Shown here: positions 1-9,578 of the stretch, one piece after another
Position numbering within the stretch: position 1 is the first letter of the stretch
How the letters are laid out: each line of letters begins with the position of its first letter
DNA from: an uncultured SAR86 cluster bacterium
Lineage (GTDB): Bacteria; Pseudomonadota; Gammaproteobacteria; Magnimaribacterales; D2472
Direction: 5' to 3'
DNA length: 58,897 nucleotides
Assembly (NCBI GenBank): GCA_902617955.1
Contig: CACMYW010000002.1
Coordinates: 1 to 58,897 of the forward strand
Translations under genes and position numbers: made by a program
The notes under the pieces: generated by a model
Told to the model about the DNA's origin: nothing
Database searches by the model: none
The model's input: only the letters and a program-made list of their open reading frames with translations

Positions 1-1
1 A

Positions 2-1189
2 GAAGTAAAAGCTTTTTGTAAAAAATATGATGGCGTTACTTTTACAGATGCAAGTAAGAACCCTCTTGCAAGCTTAAGCAGTAAGAAAAAAAAGATACAA
101 GTCACCAGGAGTGAGTGGCAAAAAATTCTTATCGAACAAGGTTATTTTGCAAGAGCAGTTCCGAAAGAATATGGGGGATATGGCGGTGAGCCGGATATTC
201 TAAAAAGCAGAATAATTGCAACTGAGTTCTCTAAAGCAAAAACACCTGCTCCAATGGGAGGTCAAGGGATAGATATGTTAGTCCCTACCCTGCTTGAAAT
301 GGGCACAGAGGAACAAAAAGAGAAATACATAAAACCAACGCTTCATGGTGAGATGATTTGGTGTCAGGGCTACTCAGAACCAAATGCGGGCAGTGATCTT
401 GCAGCATTGCAAACAAAAGGTGAATTAATTGATGGTGAATGGGTCATTAATGGGCAAAAGATTTGGACCTCAACAGCCCAATATTCACAAATGATGTTTT
501 GCTTAGTGAGAACAGAACCTGAAGCTCAAAAACATGCAGGTATAAGCTATTTATTAATTCCAATGGATTCAGAGGGTATCGAAGTGAGGCCGTTAGTAGA
601 TATGACAATGAAAGCAGGATTTAATGAGGTATTTTTTACCGATGTAAAAATTCCTGAAACAAATATTGTTGGTAAACGAGGTGAAGGTTGGGCGGTTGCA
701 AATGCAACACTTGGTCATGAGCGAGGCTCCCTAGCACCGCCTGATGCAATTATGAACAGACTAAACATGCTTATTGATTTAATGAAACAAGAAAAGCTGG
801 ATGGCAAACCACTGATTGAGCATTCGATTTACAGAGATAGGCTTATGAAGATCCAGGGGAAAGTTATGGCTTCCCAGTCTCATGCTCTGAGATTATTGTC
901 AGCTAAATTGAACCCCGGTCAAGATGTCAAAGTTGGCAAAATGATTCAAAAATTAGTTGGTACTGAGTTAAGGCATGAACTAGAGGGTTTGGCGATTGAT
1001 GTTATGGGTGAGATTGGAGTGTTGTATGAGGATAGTCCCCACCTTCGTGATAAAGGATCATGGCAATTTATTTATATGTATTTCCTAGGATTAATTATTG
1101 GGGGTGGCACCAGTCAAATACAAAAAAATATTATTTCTGAACGAGGACTTGGGCTCCCAAAGGAACCTAAAGTTCAAGGAGCTCAATAA
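2..1189 (+). CDS. acyl-CoA dehydrogenase family protein (5'-partial, runs off the window edge)
   Basis: Frame 2 has no stop from nt 2 (EVKAFCKKYDG...PKEYGGYGGE) into the listed ORF at 254. Carries ACAD motifs GYSEPNAGSDLAALQTK and INGQKIWTSTA. Confidence 0.85.
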   Translation, partial: EVKAFCKKYDGVTFTDASKNPLASLSSKKKKIQVTRSEWQKILIEQGYFARAVPKEYGGYGGEPDILKSRIIATEFSKAKTPAPMGGQGIDMLVPTLLEMGTEEQKEKYIKPTLHGEMIWCQGYSEPNAGSDLAALQTKGELIDGEWVINGQKIWTSTAQYSQMMFCLVRTEPEAQKHAGISYLLIPMDSEGIEVRPLVDMTMKAGFNEVFFTDVKIPETNIVGKRGEGWAVANATLGHERGSLAPPDAIMNRLNMLIDLMKQEKLDGKPLIEHSIYRDRLMKIQGKVMASQSHALRLLSAKLNPGQDVKVGKMIQKLVGTELRHELEGLAIDVMGEIGVLYEDSPHLRDKGSWQFIYMYFLGLIIGGGTSQIQKNIISERGLGLPKEPKVQGAQ

Positions 1190-1191
1190 AA

Positions 1192-2277
1192 ATGTATTTT
1201 GGATTATCAGAGGATCAAATTTTCTTTCAAGATAATATTAAAAAGTTTCTAGAGGAGAATTCATCAGTAGACATCCTTAGAAAAATTGCAGCTGATGATC
1301 GAACATTTGCAAAAGATATCCATGATGGGATTGTTAATTTAGGTATTAATGGTCTTCTAGTCCCTGAGGAATTTGGAGGGCTTGGATTAGACATATTGTT
1401 TGCAGCGGCAATATCAGAATCATTGGGATATGGGGCAGGAGCAACTCCTTTCATAGGATCGTATGTTATGGCACCAATAGCTATTATTGATGGTGGATCA
1501 GATAAACAAAAGCAAAATTACTTGACCAAAGTTGCATCTAATGAAGTTAAATTTGGAGTTGGATTTTCAGCTCTCACTGGAGCAAGAGATGACTCAGAAA
1601 TCCAAATAAAAGGAAATAAAATTTCAGGCAGATCGCTTTTTGTATTGGATTATGAATATGCAACTCATTTTTTGATCTCTGATATAAATGGATGCATCGG
1701 TATCATTGATGCACAAGCAAATGGAATAGATTTAGTTGAATTAAAAACAATCGATAGAACTAGAAATGTCTGTGAATTGATATTAAAAAATGTTGATTTT
1801 GAAATCTTAGAGCAAACAAAAAATTCAAAAAATACTGCAGAAAAGGTAATTGATGCAGGACGAATAATGCTTGCAGCTGACTCTCTTGGAGCAGCTCAAA
1901 ACATGATTAATAAAGCTGTTGATTATGCAAAAGAAAGAAAACAATTTGGTAGAGCTATTGGTTCTTTTCAAGCTGTAAAGCATATGTGTGCGGAGATGGT
2001 TGCTGAATTAGAGCCCTGCTACGCCTTGGTGTGGCATGCAGCTCATGCACAAAAGCATATGCCTAATGAAGCAAGGCTGATGGCATGCCAAGCTAAATCT
2101 CATTTAAGTGACGTAACTAAAGAAGTGGCAAAAAAGTCAACTGAAGTTCATGGAGGTATGGGTTTTACAGACTTATTAGGACTACATTATTGGTTCAAAA
2201 GAATTGGTTTAAATAGGCAATTATTGGGCACACCTGAACGTGTCCGAGAAGAAGCTGCATTACTTCAACTCAACTGA
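1192..2277 (+). CDS. acyl-CoA dehydrogenase family protein (second, shorter paralog)
   Basis: ACAD C-terminal motifs (RKQFGRAIGSFQAVKHMCAEM, EVHGGMGFT). Its ATG lies 2 nt after the upstream ACAD stop, suggesting translational coupling. Confidence 0.8.
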   Translation: MYFGLSEDQIFFQDNIKKFLEENSSVDILRKIAADDRTFAKDIHDGIVNLGINGLLVPEEFGGLGLDILFAAAISESLGYGAGATPFIGSYVMAPIAIIDGGSDKQKQNYLTKVASNEVKFGVGFSALTGARDDSEIQIKGNKISGRSLFVLDYEYATHFLISDINGCIGIIDAQANGIDLVELKTIDRTRNVCELILKNVDFEILEQTKNSKNTAEKVIDAGRIMLAADSLGAAQNMINKAVDYAKERKQFGRAIGSFQAVKHMCAEMVAELEPCYALVWHAAHAQKHMPNEARLMACQAKSHLSDVTKEVAKKSTEVHGGMGFTDLLGLHYWFKRIGLNRQLLGTPERVREEAALLQLN

Positions 2278-2875
2278 TCTTTAATTGCTCCTCTAGTAAT
2301 TGGATCCTATCATTGCCAAAAAACATAGAATCTTTAAAAAAATATGTTGGTGATCCAAAGCCACCTCTATTAATTAAATCCTGAGTATTTTCCTTTAATG
2401 CATTTTTTGTAGTCTCTTGATTTATGAAATTCAAGAAAACATTTGAGTCTAAATTTAAATCCTCACATATTTGAGAAATCACGTTATCTTGGGAAATGTC
2501 TTTTCCATCAGTCCAGTAAGCTTTAAAAATCTTAAGAGCATAATCAGAGATTTGCTTTTGGTCCTTAAAAAATAATGCGCCACGCATAGCCTTTACAGAG
2601 TTAATGGGAAAAATAGATGGCCAATTAATTTGGATGTTCCTCGCCTTAGCCCACATTTTTAGATCTTGATTATAGTAATTAGATTTTAATGGATTGGGCT
2701 TGGCTCTGAATCTATATACTTCGTCATTTACTGAATTAAAGACTCCTCCTACAAGAATTGGTAAAAATTTAATCTCAACGTTGTACTTCGCAGATAACTC
2801 ATTGATTCCAACAAAGCCTAAATATGTCCAAGGACTTGAACAATCGAAGTAGAATTCGATATAGTTACTACTCAT
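2270..2875 (-). CDS. DsbA-like thioredoxin-fold protein, 2-hydroxychromene-2-carboxylate isomerase family
   Basis: 201 aa. N-terminal IEFYFDCSSPWTYLGF motif and length are typical of HCCA isomerase/DsbA-like family proteins. Confidence 0.65.
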   Translation of the reverse strand: MSSNYIEFYFDCSSPWTYLGFVGINELSAKYNVEIKFLPILVGGVFNSVNDEVYRFRAKPNPLKSNYYNQDLKMWAKARNIQINWPSIFPINSVKAMRGALFFKDQKQISDYALKIFKAYWTDGKDISQDNVISQICEDLNLDSNVFLNFINQETTKNALKENTQDLINRGGFGSPTYFFKDSMFFGNDRIQLLEEQLKIS

Positions 2876-2894
2876 CTTTGTAATTTTATTCCAA

Positions 2895-4952
2895 ATGATA
2901 TTTATTAGAAATTTAAATTTATTTTTCTGTGCTATTTACGCAGGTTTAATCCTTGCAGTAGATATTAATTTAGATATCAAACCAACGCTAGAAAACCAAA
3001 AAATACAAAAAGAAATTATCAAAAAAGTAAAGGAAGATCATTTTTTTAAAGTAAATAATATTGAAGACATAAATAATATCTTTCAGGAAAAACTAATTGA
3101 AAGCCTGGATCCTTCGAAAGTCTATTTTACAAAATTGGAATTTGAGCAATATGGAAATAACCTTAATGATGAAAGTTTTGATCTAAATAATAGCTTTAGA
3201 ATATTAAATAAGTATTTTAATCGTCTTATAGAGGCTACTTCATACCAGATTGAAATCTTGAAAAATTTTAATTTTGATTTTTCAAAGTCTGAATATTTAG
3301 ATATTTATTCTGACGATAATGAATGGAAGTCCTCATTTACAGAATTACGAAAAGAATGGTTTCTTCTTGCAAAGAATGATTTATTGAATGAAGTCCTTGA
3401 CGAAGATTTATCTAATGAAACTAATAGCAGGCAAACAATTATTGATAGGTATGAACGAAGAATAAGGAGAATTACTCAGCGAACTAACGAGGACTATTTT
3501 TCAATCATTATGAATAATTTTACTAGCCAATTTGATCCTCATTCAGCCTATTTATCGCCAAAATCCGCGGAAGATTTTGATATGCAAATGAGCTTAAGTC
3601 TTGAAGGTATTGGTGCTCTGCTGGGAATTGAAGATGATTATGCAAAAGTTGTAAGTTTAGTTCCTGGTGGACCTGCTGCTAAATCAAATCAGCTATCTCC
3701 TGATGACAGAATAGTTTCTATAAGACAGGCATATGAAGAAAAAAGTACGGATGTAGTTGGCTGGAGAATAGATGAGATTGTCAAGCTGATTCGAGGAGAT
3801 GCGGGTACTGAAGTAGAGCTTGAAATAATACCGTCAAAATCTCTTGAATCCTCAGAAAGAAAGTTCGTAACTCTTGTGAGGGAAGAAGTTCAGCTTGAAG
3901 AGCAAGCTGCAAAAAGCAAAATTATTAGCATAGACTCAGAATCAAGGAACTATAGAGTTGGAATAATTGAGTTGCCAGCATTTTATATAGACTTTAATGC
4001 TTGGAGAGAAAGAGATCCAAATTTTAGAAGTAGCTCAAGAGATGTTGAAAATATTCTCAGGTCATTTAACAAAGATAATGTAGATGCAGTTTTAGTTGAT
4101 CTCAGAGGTAATTCTGGTGGTTCATTATATGAAGCAAATAAACTCACTGGTTTATTTGTTGCATCTGGTGCAACTGTTCAGGTGAAAGAGAGTTCTGGAA
4201 ACATTAGGCCTTGGGGTGATGGAAGAGCCAAGCAAATATGGAAAAAACCTGTAGGAGTTTTAGTTGATAGATACTCAGCCTCAGCATCAGAAATCTTTGC
4301 TGGAGCGATTCAAGACTATAAAAGAGGCATAGTAATTGGTCACAGAACATTTGGTAAAGGCACAGTTCAGCGCCTGGATGATCTTAGCGCAGGTCAGATT
4401 AAAATTACAGAATCAAAATTTTACAGGGTCAGCGGTTCAAGCACTCAGGCCAAAGGTATTGAACCAGATATTGTGCTGCCATCAACATGGGACATCGAAG
4501 AAACTGGTGAAAGCTCCTTAGATGAGTCTCTTCCTTGGGATACTATAAGACCAATTAGGCATAGAATATATAATTTGAATGATTTCGCAATTCAAAGAGC
4601 ATCTGATAATCACCTTGAAAGATTATCTAGTGATCCTAATATGCAATATATTTTAAAGATCAGACAAAAATATGATCAACGTAAAAATAGAAAGCAACTT
4701 TCTTTAAATATTGATGAAAGAAAAAAAGATAAGTTAGACAGAAGATTATGGATTCTAAATACTGAAAATTCTCGAAGAAATCTTTTAAATATTGAGACAT
4801 TTAGTACTTATGATGATTTGGAGACATTTAGAGAGGATATTGACTCTGAGGAGATATCTTTGGAAAATGATTTTCTTCTTAATGAATCAAAAAATATAAT
4901 TATTGATTACCTAAAATTTAGCTATCCATTAATTGCTGCTAATCAAAATTAA
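2895..4952 (+). CDS. prc: carboxy-terminal processing (tail-specific) protease, S41 family
   Basis: 685 aa with a hydrophobic N-terminus. Has a PDZ-like segment (LEGIGALLG..VVSLVPGGPAAKS) and an S41 core (DLRGNSGGSL, SASASEIFAGA, FGKGTVQ). Confidence 0.9.
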   Translation: MIFIRNLNLFFCAIYAGLILAVDINLDIKPTLENQKIQKEIIKKVKEDHFFKVNNIEDINNIFQEKLIESLDPSKVYFTKLEFEQYGNNLNDESFDLNNSFRILNKYFNRLIEATSYQIEILKNFNFDFSKSEYLDIYSDDNEWKSSFTELRKEWFLLAKNDLLNEVLDEDLSNETNSRQTIIDRYERRIRRITQRTNEDYFSIIMNNFTSQFDPHSAYLSPKSAEDFDMQMSLSLEGIGALLGIEDDYAKVVSLVPGGPAAKSNQLSPDDRIVSIRQAYEEKSTDVVGWRIDEIVKLIRGDAGTEVELEIIPSKSLESSERKFVTLVREEVQLEEQAAKSKIISIDSESRNYRVGIIELPAFYIDFNAWRERDPNFRSSSRDVENILRSFNKDNVDAVLVDLRGNSGGSLYEANKLTGLFVASGATVQVKESSGNIRPWGDGRAKQIWKKPVGVLVDRYSASASEIFAGAIQDYKRGIVIGHRTFGKGTVQRLDDLSAGQIKITESKFYRVSGSSTQAKGIEPDIVLPSTWDIEETGESSLDESLPWDTIRPIRHRIYNLNDFAIQRASDNHLERLSSDPNMQYILKIRQKYDQRKNRKQLSLNIDERKKDKLDRRLWILNTENSRRNLLNIETFSTYDDLETFREDIDSEEISLENDFLLNESKNIIIDYLKFSYPLIAANQN

Positions 4953-5761
4953 TGAAAATAATTTCTTTCAATATTAATAGTGTAAGAGCTAGACCTCATC
5001 AACTTGAATACATTCGTGACAATCTTGATCCTGATGTTATTGGACTTCAGGAAACAAAAGTACATGATGATGAATTTCCTATCGAGTTAATTAATGAGAT
5101 TGGTTATCACTGTGAATACTGGGGGCAAAAAGGTCATTATGGGGTGGCATTACTAAGCAAGAAAAAGCCACTGGAGGTTTCAAAAGGATTTCTAAGAGAT
5201 ACTGCTGAAGATCAAAAGAGATTTATTCAAGGAAAATATAAGTTTAAAAAAAAAGATATCTACATATTAAATGGTTATTTTCCTCAAGGTGAAAATAGAA
5301 ATCATGAAACCAAGTTTCCCAAAAAAATTAAGTACTATAAAGATTTGAAATCTCATATAAAAAGGTTACAAAAATCAACTTCGAATATCATAGTAATGGG
5401 TGACTTTAATGTAGCTCCAAACGAAAAGGATATAGGGATAGGTGAAAATAATGCTAAGAGATGGCTTAGAGATGGAAAATGTGCTTTTTTGCCAGAGGAA
5501 ATTAAGATGTGGAATTCAATTAGAGACCTAGGGTTTGTTGATAGTTGGAGATTGCAAAATCCTGATGAAGGTTCTATCTATTCTTGGTTTGATTATAGGT
5601 CAAGAATGTTTGATGATAACCCAAAAAGGGGCCTCAGGATTGATCATATTTTGGTATCAAATGAGCTCTCATCATCAATAAAATCAACTGGTATAGATTA
5701 TAAAGCAAGGTCTTTAGAGAAACCCTCCGATCATTGTCCTATTTGGTTAGAAATTAACTAG
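4952..5761 (+). CDS. xthA: exodeoxyribonuclease III / AP endonuclease
   Basis: Motifs IISFNINSVRAR, GLQETK, MGDFNVAP and SDHCPIW. Its ATG overlaps the prc stop (TAATG). Confidence 0.92.
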   Translation: MKIISFNINSVRARPHQLEYIRDNLDPDVIGLQETKVHDDEFPIELINEIGYHCEYWGQKGHYGVALLSKKKPLEVSKGFLRDTAEDQKRFIQGKYKFKKKDIYILNGYFPQGENRNHETKFPKKIKYYKDLKSHIKRLQKSTSNIIVMGDFNVAPNEKDIGIGENNAKRWLRDGKCAFLPEEIKMWNSIRDLGFVDSWRLQNPDEGSIYSWFDYRSRMFDDNPKRGLRIDHILVSNELSSSIKSTGIDYKARSLEKPSDHCPIWLEIN

Positions 5762-6224
5762 TTTTTTTTCGCCTTCCATGAAAAAATTTTCTTAAAATCT
5801 CTGCAGATTCATCTGCCAGTATGCCATAGGAATATTTAACTTTATGGTTGTGAAAAGTTTTTTCAAAGAAGTTGTCAACCGATACAATTGCGCCAGTCTT
5901 AGGTTCTGTGACAGCAAATATCACCTCATCAATTCTTGATTCTAGAATTGCTTTTGCACACATATGGCATGGTTCAAGCGTAATATAGATCTGTGACCCT
6001 TTACCAATCCTGTAATTCCCAAGTGTTTTACATGCCATTTCGATAGCCTCTATCTCAGCATGCATAATTGGCGAGTTTTTTCTGATGACTTTGTTAAACC
6101 CCTCCCCAATTAAGATATCATCTTTTACAATTACACTGCCAACTGGGACCTCATTTTGGTGTGCAGCCTCTTTAGCGAGCTGTAAACTCTTTCTCATGTA
6201 AAATAAGTGTTTTGAATTAGTCAT
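5754..6224 (-). CDS. tadA: tRNA adenosine(34) deaminase
   Basis: 156 aa with the zinc deaminase motifs HAEIEAI and PCHMCAKAI. Confidence 0.9.
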   Translation of the reverse strand: MTNSKHLFYMRKSLQLAKEAAHQNEVPVGSVIVKDDILIGEGFNKVIRKNSPIMHAEIEAIEMACKTLGNYRIGKGSQIYITLEPCHMCAKAILESRIDEVIFAVTEPKTGAIVSVDNFFEKTFHNHKVKYSYGILADESAEILRKFFHGRRKKTS

Positions 6225-6280
6225 GTTTAATACATATAAACGGATATTTACAAATTGATTATAATGCGCATCCTTTAAAA

Positions 6281-7759
6281 ATGTCTTTTCAATTTATATG
6301 CTTTGCTAACAACTCACATCAACTTGAGAAAGCCAATACGCTCTCTGGATTATTAGATAATAAGTTATTGATAATATATCAAGGAAATTCAAACTCTTTA
6401 CTTAATTCTTCATCCAACATTGTCTTTGATGCGCCACTAGAATTTCTTAAATCTAATCCAAGTAAAATTTTTAAGACAGCCATATTTTTTACTCTTCATG
6501 CAAATAAAGATAATTATGAAATTTTGAAGTTTTTTAGAAAAAAACATACTTTGACAGTTGCTTTTCAAGAAACTTTTCAACTCTCAACTCATAATGAGAA
6601 AATCTTCAATATTATCCTTTCACCAGATATCATAATTAGTTCATCATATCTTGAAAAAAAATTAATAATTAAAAATTGTTTATTCCCTGATGAAAAAATA
6701 ATTGACAAAGGCTGGATCTTTAAAAATATTAAATTTAATGAAAAATCAACCTCGGATCAAAATAAGATTTTAGTCCTCTTTGGTGCATCCCGAAAAATAA
6801 GCTCTATAAGCGGCGAGTTAGATAGATTAAGATATGATCTCTTACAATACATATCTAGAGAATTTCCTTGGAAAAAGATTGAAGTAAGGCTTCATCCTCA
6901 AGATAGTCAACAGCGAAGATTTAAGGACATTGAAAGCGGCAACATAAAATTTCTATCTAAAGAAGATGAATTGCAAGAAATTATTAACGATTATGAAATA
7001 ATTTTCTGTTCTGAAAAAACTCAAGCAATGTTTGATTTGGTCTTTGCTAAAGCTCAATATTTTATATTTTCTTTTGGGAATGAGAATATCTTTTATAGAT
7101 CACTTTCTTGTAAGCCAATTAAAGTTAATAAATTTATTACTGTTAAAAAGTTTAATCAAAAATATGATTTGGATAAGTTTGAGTCAATCCATGGCTACTC
7201 AGATAAAGACTCTACTTCAATACTCAAATTAATCTCGCAGCCTTTGGTCACTGAAAATGATAATATCAAATTTGAAAATGTCTTATGGGATAATTATTTT
7301 GAAATTGAAGGGAGCTCATGTGAGCTTCCTATAAATCATAGAAATTTGTTGAAAGATTTTAAATCTGTAAACCTTCAAGAACTTGCACTTAGAAATAATT
7401 CAGCCTCATTACAAGCCTCTTCATTCTTAATACTCTTAAATAAAATTATCAAAAGTAATTACAATGACAAAGATTTTAATAAAGACTTTATCAAATACCT
7501 AATTAAAGATTTTTTGATAGTAAATTTTCCTTATCAATCTCTTAGGTATTATCTTTTTCTTTTGAGAAATCAAGATGCCGGACTTCTTACTGATGACAAG
7601 GAGTGGATACTTAAAAATATTTATGAAGGATTAATGTATAGACTTCAATTAAAAACTGTAATTAAATTACCAGCCTTTTTACTAAGTCCATATTTGCTTA
7701 AATACAGGATCTACAATCTTATAATTAATAAGATATTAAATATTCTAATTCATCGGTAA
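6281..7759 (+). CDS. hypothetical protein, possible GT-B-like or capsule-synthesis-like transferase with an unknown C-terminal helical region
   Basis: 492 aa with no clear family motif. A central stretch (ILVLFGASRK...KIEVRLHPQD) weakly recalls the (K/R)xHP motif of KpsS/KpsC-type capsule synthesis proteins. Sits at the left edge of the glycan island. Confidence 0.3.
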   Translation: MSFQFICFANNSHQLEKANTLSGLLDNKLLIIYQGNSNSLLNSSSNIVFDAPLEFLKSNPSKIFKTAIFFTLHANKDNYEILKFFRKKHTLTVAFQETFQLSTHNEKIFNIILSPDIIISSSYLEKKLIIKNCLFPDEKIIDKGWIFKNIKFNEKSTSDQNKILVLFGASRKISSISGELDRLRYDLLQYISREFPWKKIEVRLHPQDSQQRRFKDIESGNIKFLSKEDELQEIINDYEIIFCSEKTQAMFDLVFAKAQYFIFSFGNENIFYRSLSCKPIKVNKFITVKKFNQKYDLDKFESIHGYSDKDSTSILKLISQPLVTENDNIKFENVLWDNYFEIEGSSCELPINHRNLLKDFKSVNLQELALRNNSASLQASSFLILLNKIIKSNYNDKDFNKDFIKYLIKDFLIVNFPYQSLRYYLFLLRNQDAGLLTDDKEWILKNIYEGLMYRLQLKTVIKLPAFLLSPYLLKYRIYNLIINKILNILIHR

Positions 7760-8596
7760 TTCGTCCAAAATATTGAATATGTCTTGCCTTACATATCCCT
7801 TATTTACAAATCTCAACATCTCATTTCTTGAGATGAAATTATTTTCAATAGCTTTATTCAAAGATCTAAAGAAAAACTCTGAGACTTCTCTTTTTGGATG
7901 ATCAACACCTATCCTTAATGGCTTTTTAAGGATCTTGTAGATTAGATCCCTCTGAATAAATCCAAATATCGGGGGTATAAATGAATTCAGAGGAAGCCCT
8001 TTTCTCCAGGGCTGTGTAACTTTTTGTGTGGTGTGAAGAAAGATTGTTTCATCATCAAGTGAGTCAAAATCATTCCATTTTTTATCAAGCTTTTTAATTC
8101 TTAAACTAGTATTCTTTAGATTAATCAAATCATTGTAATCAATAGTATGGTCTAAAAGGCCTTCAACAATTTTCTCAAGTCTCCATGACCTTAAATTAGC
8201 ACAATTTAAAAACATCAGGCTGGTTGCATGAGTTCCAGAATTATTGCCTGGCCTGCAAAGAAGATCGCATTCTTCAATATATTCAATTTTCGCAAGCGGA
8301 TCACCTCCAATAAAAAAGATATCTGGATCAATTACTAAAGCATTATTCTTGTATTCCAATAGCTCAGGGATTGCAAATCTAAGCAAGGTGAAGTTCTGCA
8401 TATCATTAGGGTCATATATACTAATTTTATTTGATCTCAAAAATTTTTTTCCTTTCAGAAGGTTTAGAACTTCAAAGTCTTTCTCATTTATTATTTTTAT
8501 TTCATGTTCTTTAAAATAATTGCTACTAGTTAATAAAAATTTTGAAACTTTTGCACCAATTAGCTGCTCATCATTTGTACAAATAAAAACATCCAT
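7745..8596 (-). CDS. putative glycosyltransferase, GT8-like nucleotide-diphospho-sugar transferase fold
   Basis: LRFAIPELL...NALVIDPDIFF (DxD-type motif) and WNDFD...IFLHTTQKVTQPW match the GT8 pattern. Confidence 0.5.
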   Translation of the reverse strand: MDVFICTNDEQLIGAKVSKFLLTSSNYFKEHEIKIINEKDFEVLNLLKGKKFLRSNKISIYDPNDMQNFTLLRFAIPELLEYKNNALVIDPDIFFIGGDPLAKIEYIEECDLLCRPGNNSGTHATSLMFLNCANLRSWRLEKIVEGLLDHTIDYNDLINLKNTSLRIKKLDKKWNDFDSLDDETIFLHTTQKVTQPWRKGLPLNSFIPPIFGFIQRDLIYKILKKPLRIGVDHPKREVSEFFFRSLNKAIENNFISRNEMLRFVNKGYVRQDIFNILDELPMN

Positions 8597-8597
8597 A

Positions 8598-9578
8598 TTA
8601 GTTTTTAGATTGTAAAATTCTAATTAGGCCTGATATTCTTCCAGGTATTTTAATTAGATCAAGCAAGAAGCCATAAGCACCTACTAATAACCAATTGAAG
8701 GGGAATAGAAATAATAAATATTCCTTTTTTAAAAAAGGAATAATTAATGATCTAGCAAGAAAATATATTAAAAATAATGAATTCCAAACTATTGAATTTA
8801 GATTTGGAATAAATGCATCACTTCTATCCCATTGGCCAAAAGTGAAAACAAAATTCCACGAATATATGAAGTATAAAAATCCTAATAAACAAACATAGGA
8901 GTACATAACCTTTTGAGAGGTTAATATGTTGATTTTAGAGTTTTCGATAGAATACAGATACCATTTCTTGATTGCTTCGGCAAAAGTTTCAGGAAAACCA
9001 TAATAACTTATATGTGTCTTTTCAAAAATTTTAATATTGAGACTTAATGTATTTAGTCTTGAAATCCACTCAATATCTTCACCTGCTCGAATTGCCTTTA
9101 CAAAAAAACCAGATTTTTTGAGGGCTTTTCTGGTTATTATTGTGCCTGGCAGACACCTAAACGATTTATTTCCATAAGTTAAGGCTTTTATTAATCTTTG
9201 ATTGTAATTACTTGCAATTCCTCTTCCTTTGCCAAGCAATACTTCCAGAGACTTATCTTTAAAATGTACTAAAGCATCCTCTAACCAATCACTTTTAGGA
9301 AGAGTTTTTAGATCTATAAAAGAAATCAATTCAAAGTCACTATTCTCAATGCCTTTATTCCTTGCTTCGCCAGGGAATGCACCCTTGGCTCTTACGATCT
9401 TAACTTCTTGATGAAGATTACTTAAATCTGCAATCTCATCAATACCATCAATCGAAGAGTCAACAATTATTAGTTGAAAATTTTTGTATGTCTGGTCTGC
9501 TAGGGAGGCAATACCTTTATGTATAAATGAGCTCTTTTTATGGATTGGTAAAATAACCGAAATCTGTTTCTTATCCAT
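8598..9578 (-). CDS. glycosyltransferase family 2 with a C-terminal membrane domain
   Basis: ISVILPIHKKSSFIHKGIASLADQTYKNFQLIIVDSS is a GT2 N-terminal signature. The C-terminal ~100 aa are strongly hydrophobic. Confidence 0.85.
   Translation of the reverse strand: MDKKQISVILPIHKKSSFIHKGIASLADQTYKNFQLIIVDSSIDGIDEIADLSNLHQEVKIVRAKGAFPGEARNKGIENSDFELISFIDLKTLPKSDWLEDALVHFKDKSLEVLLGKGRGIASNYNQRLIKALTYGNKSFRCLPGTIITRKALKKSGFFVKAIRAGEDIEWISRLNTLSLNIKIFEKTHISYYGFPETFAEAIKKWYLYSIENSKINILTSQKVMYSYVCLLGFLYFIYSWNFVFTFGQWDRSDAFIPNLNSIVWNSLFLIYFLARSLIIPFLKKEYLLFLFPFNWLLVGAYGFLLDLIKIPGRISGLIRILQSKN

Noticed and set aside
4336-4521. 61-aa same-strand ORF inside prc.
   Set aside because: It is out of frame within the conserved S41 protease core, so it is not independently supported.
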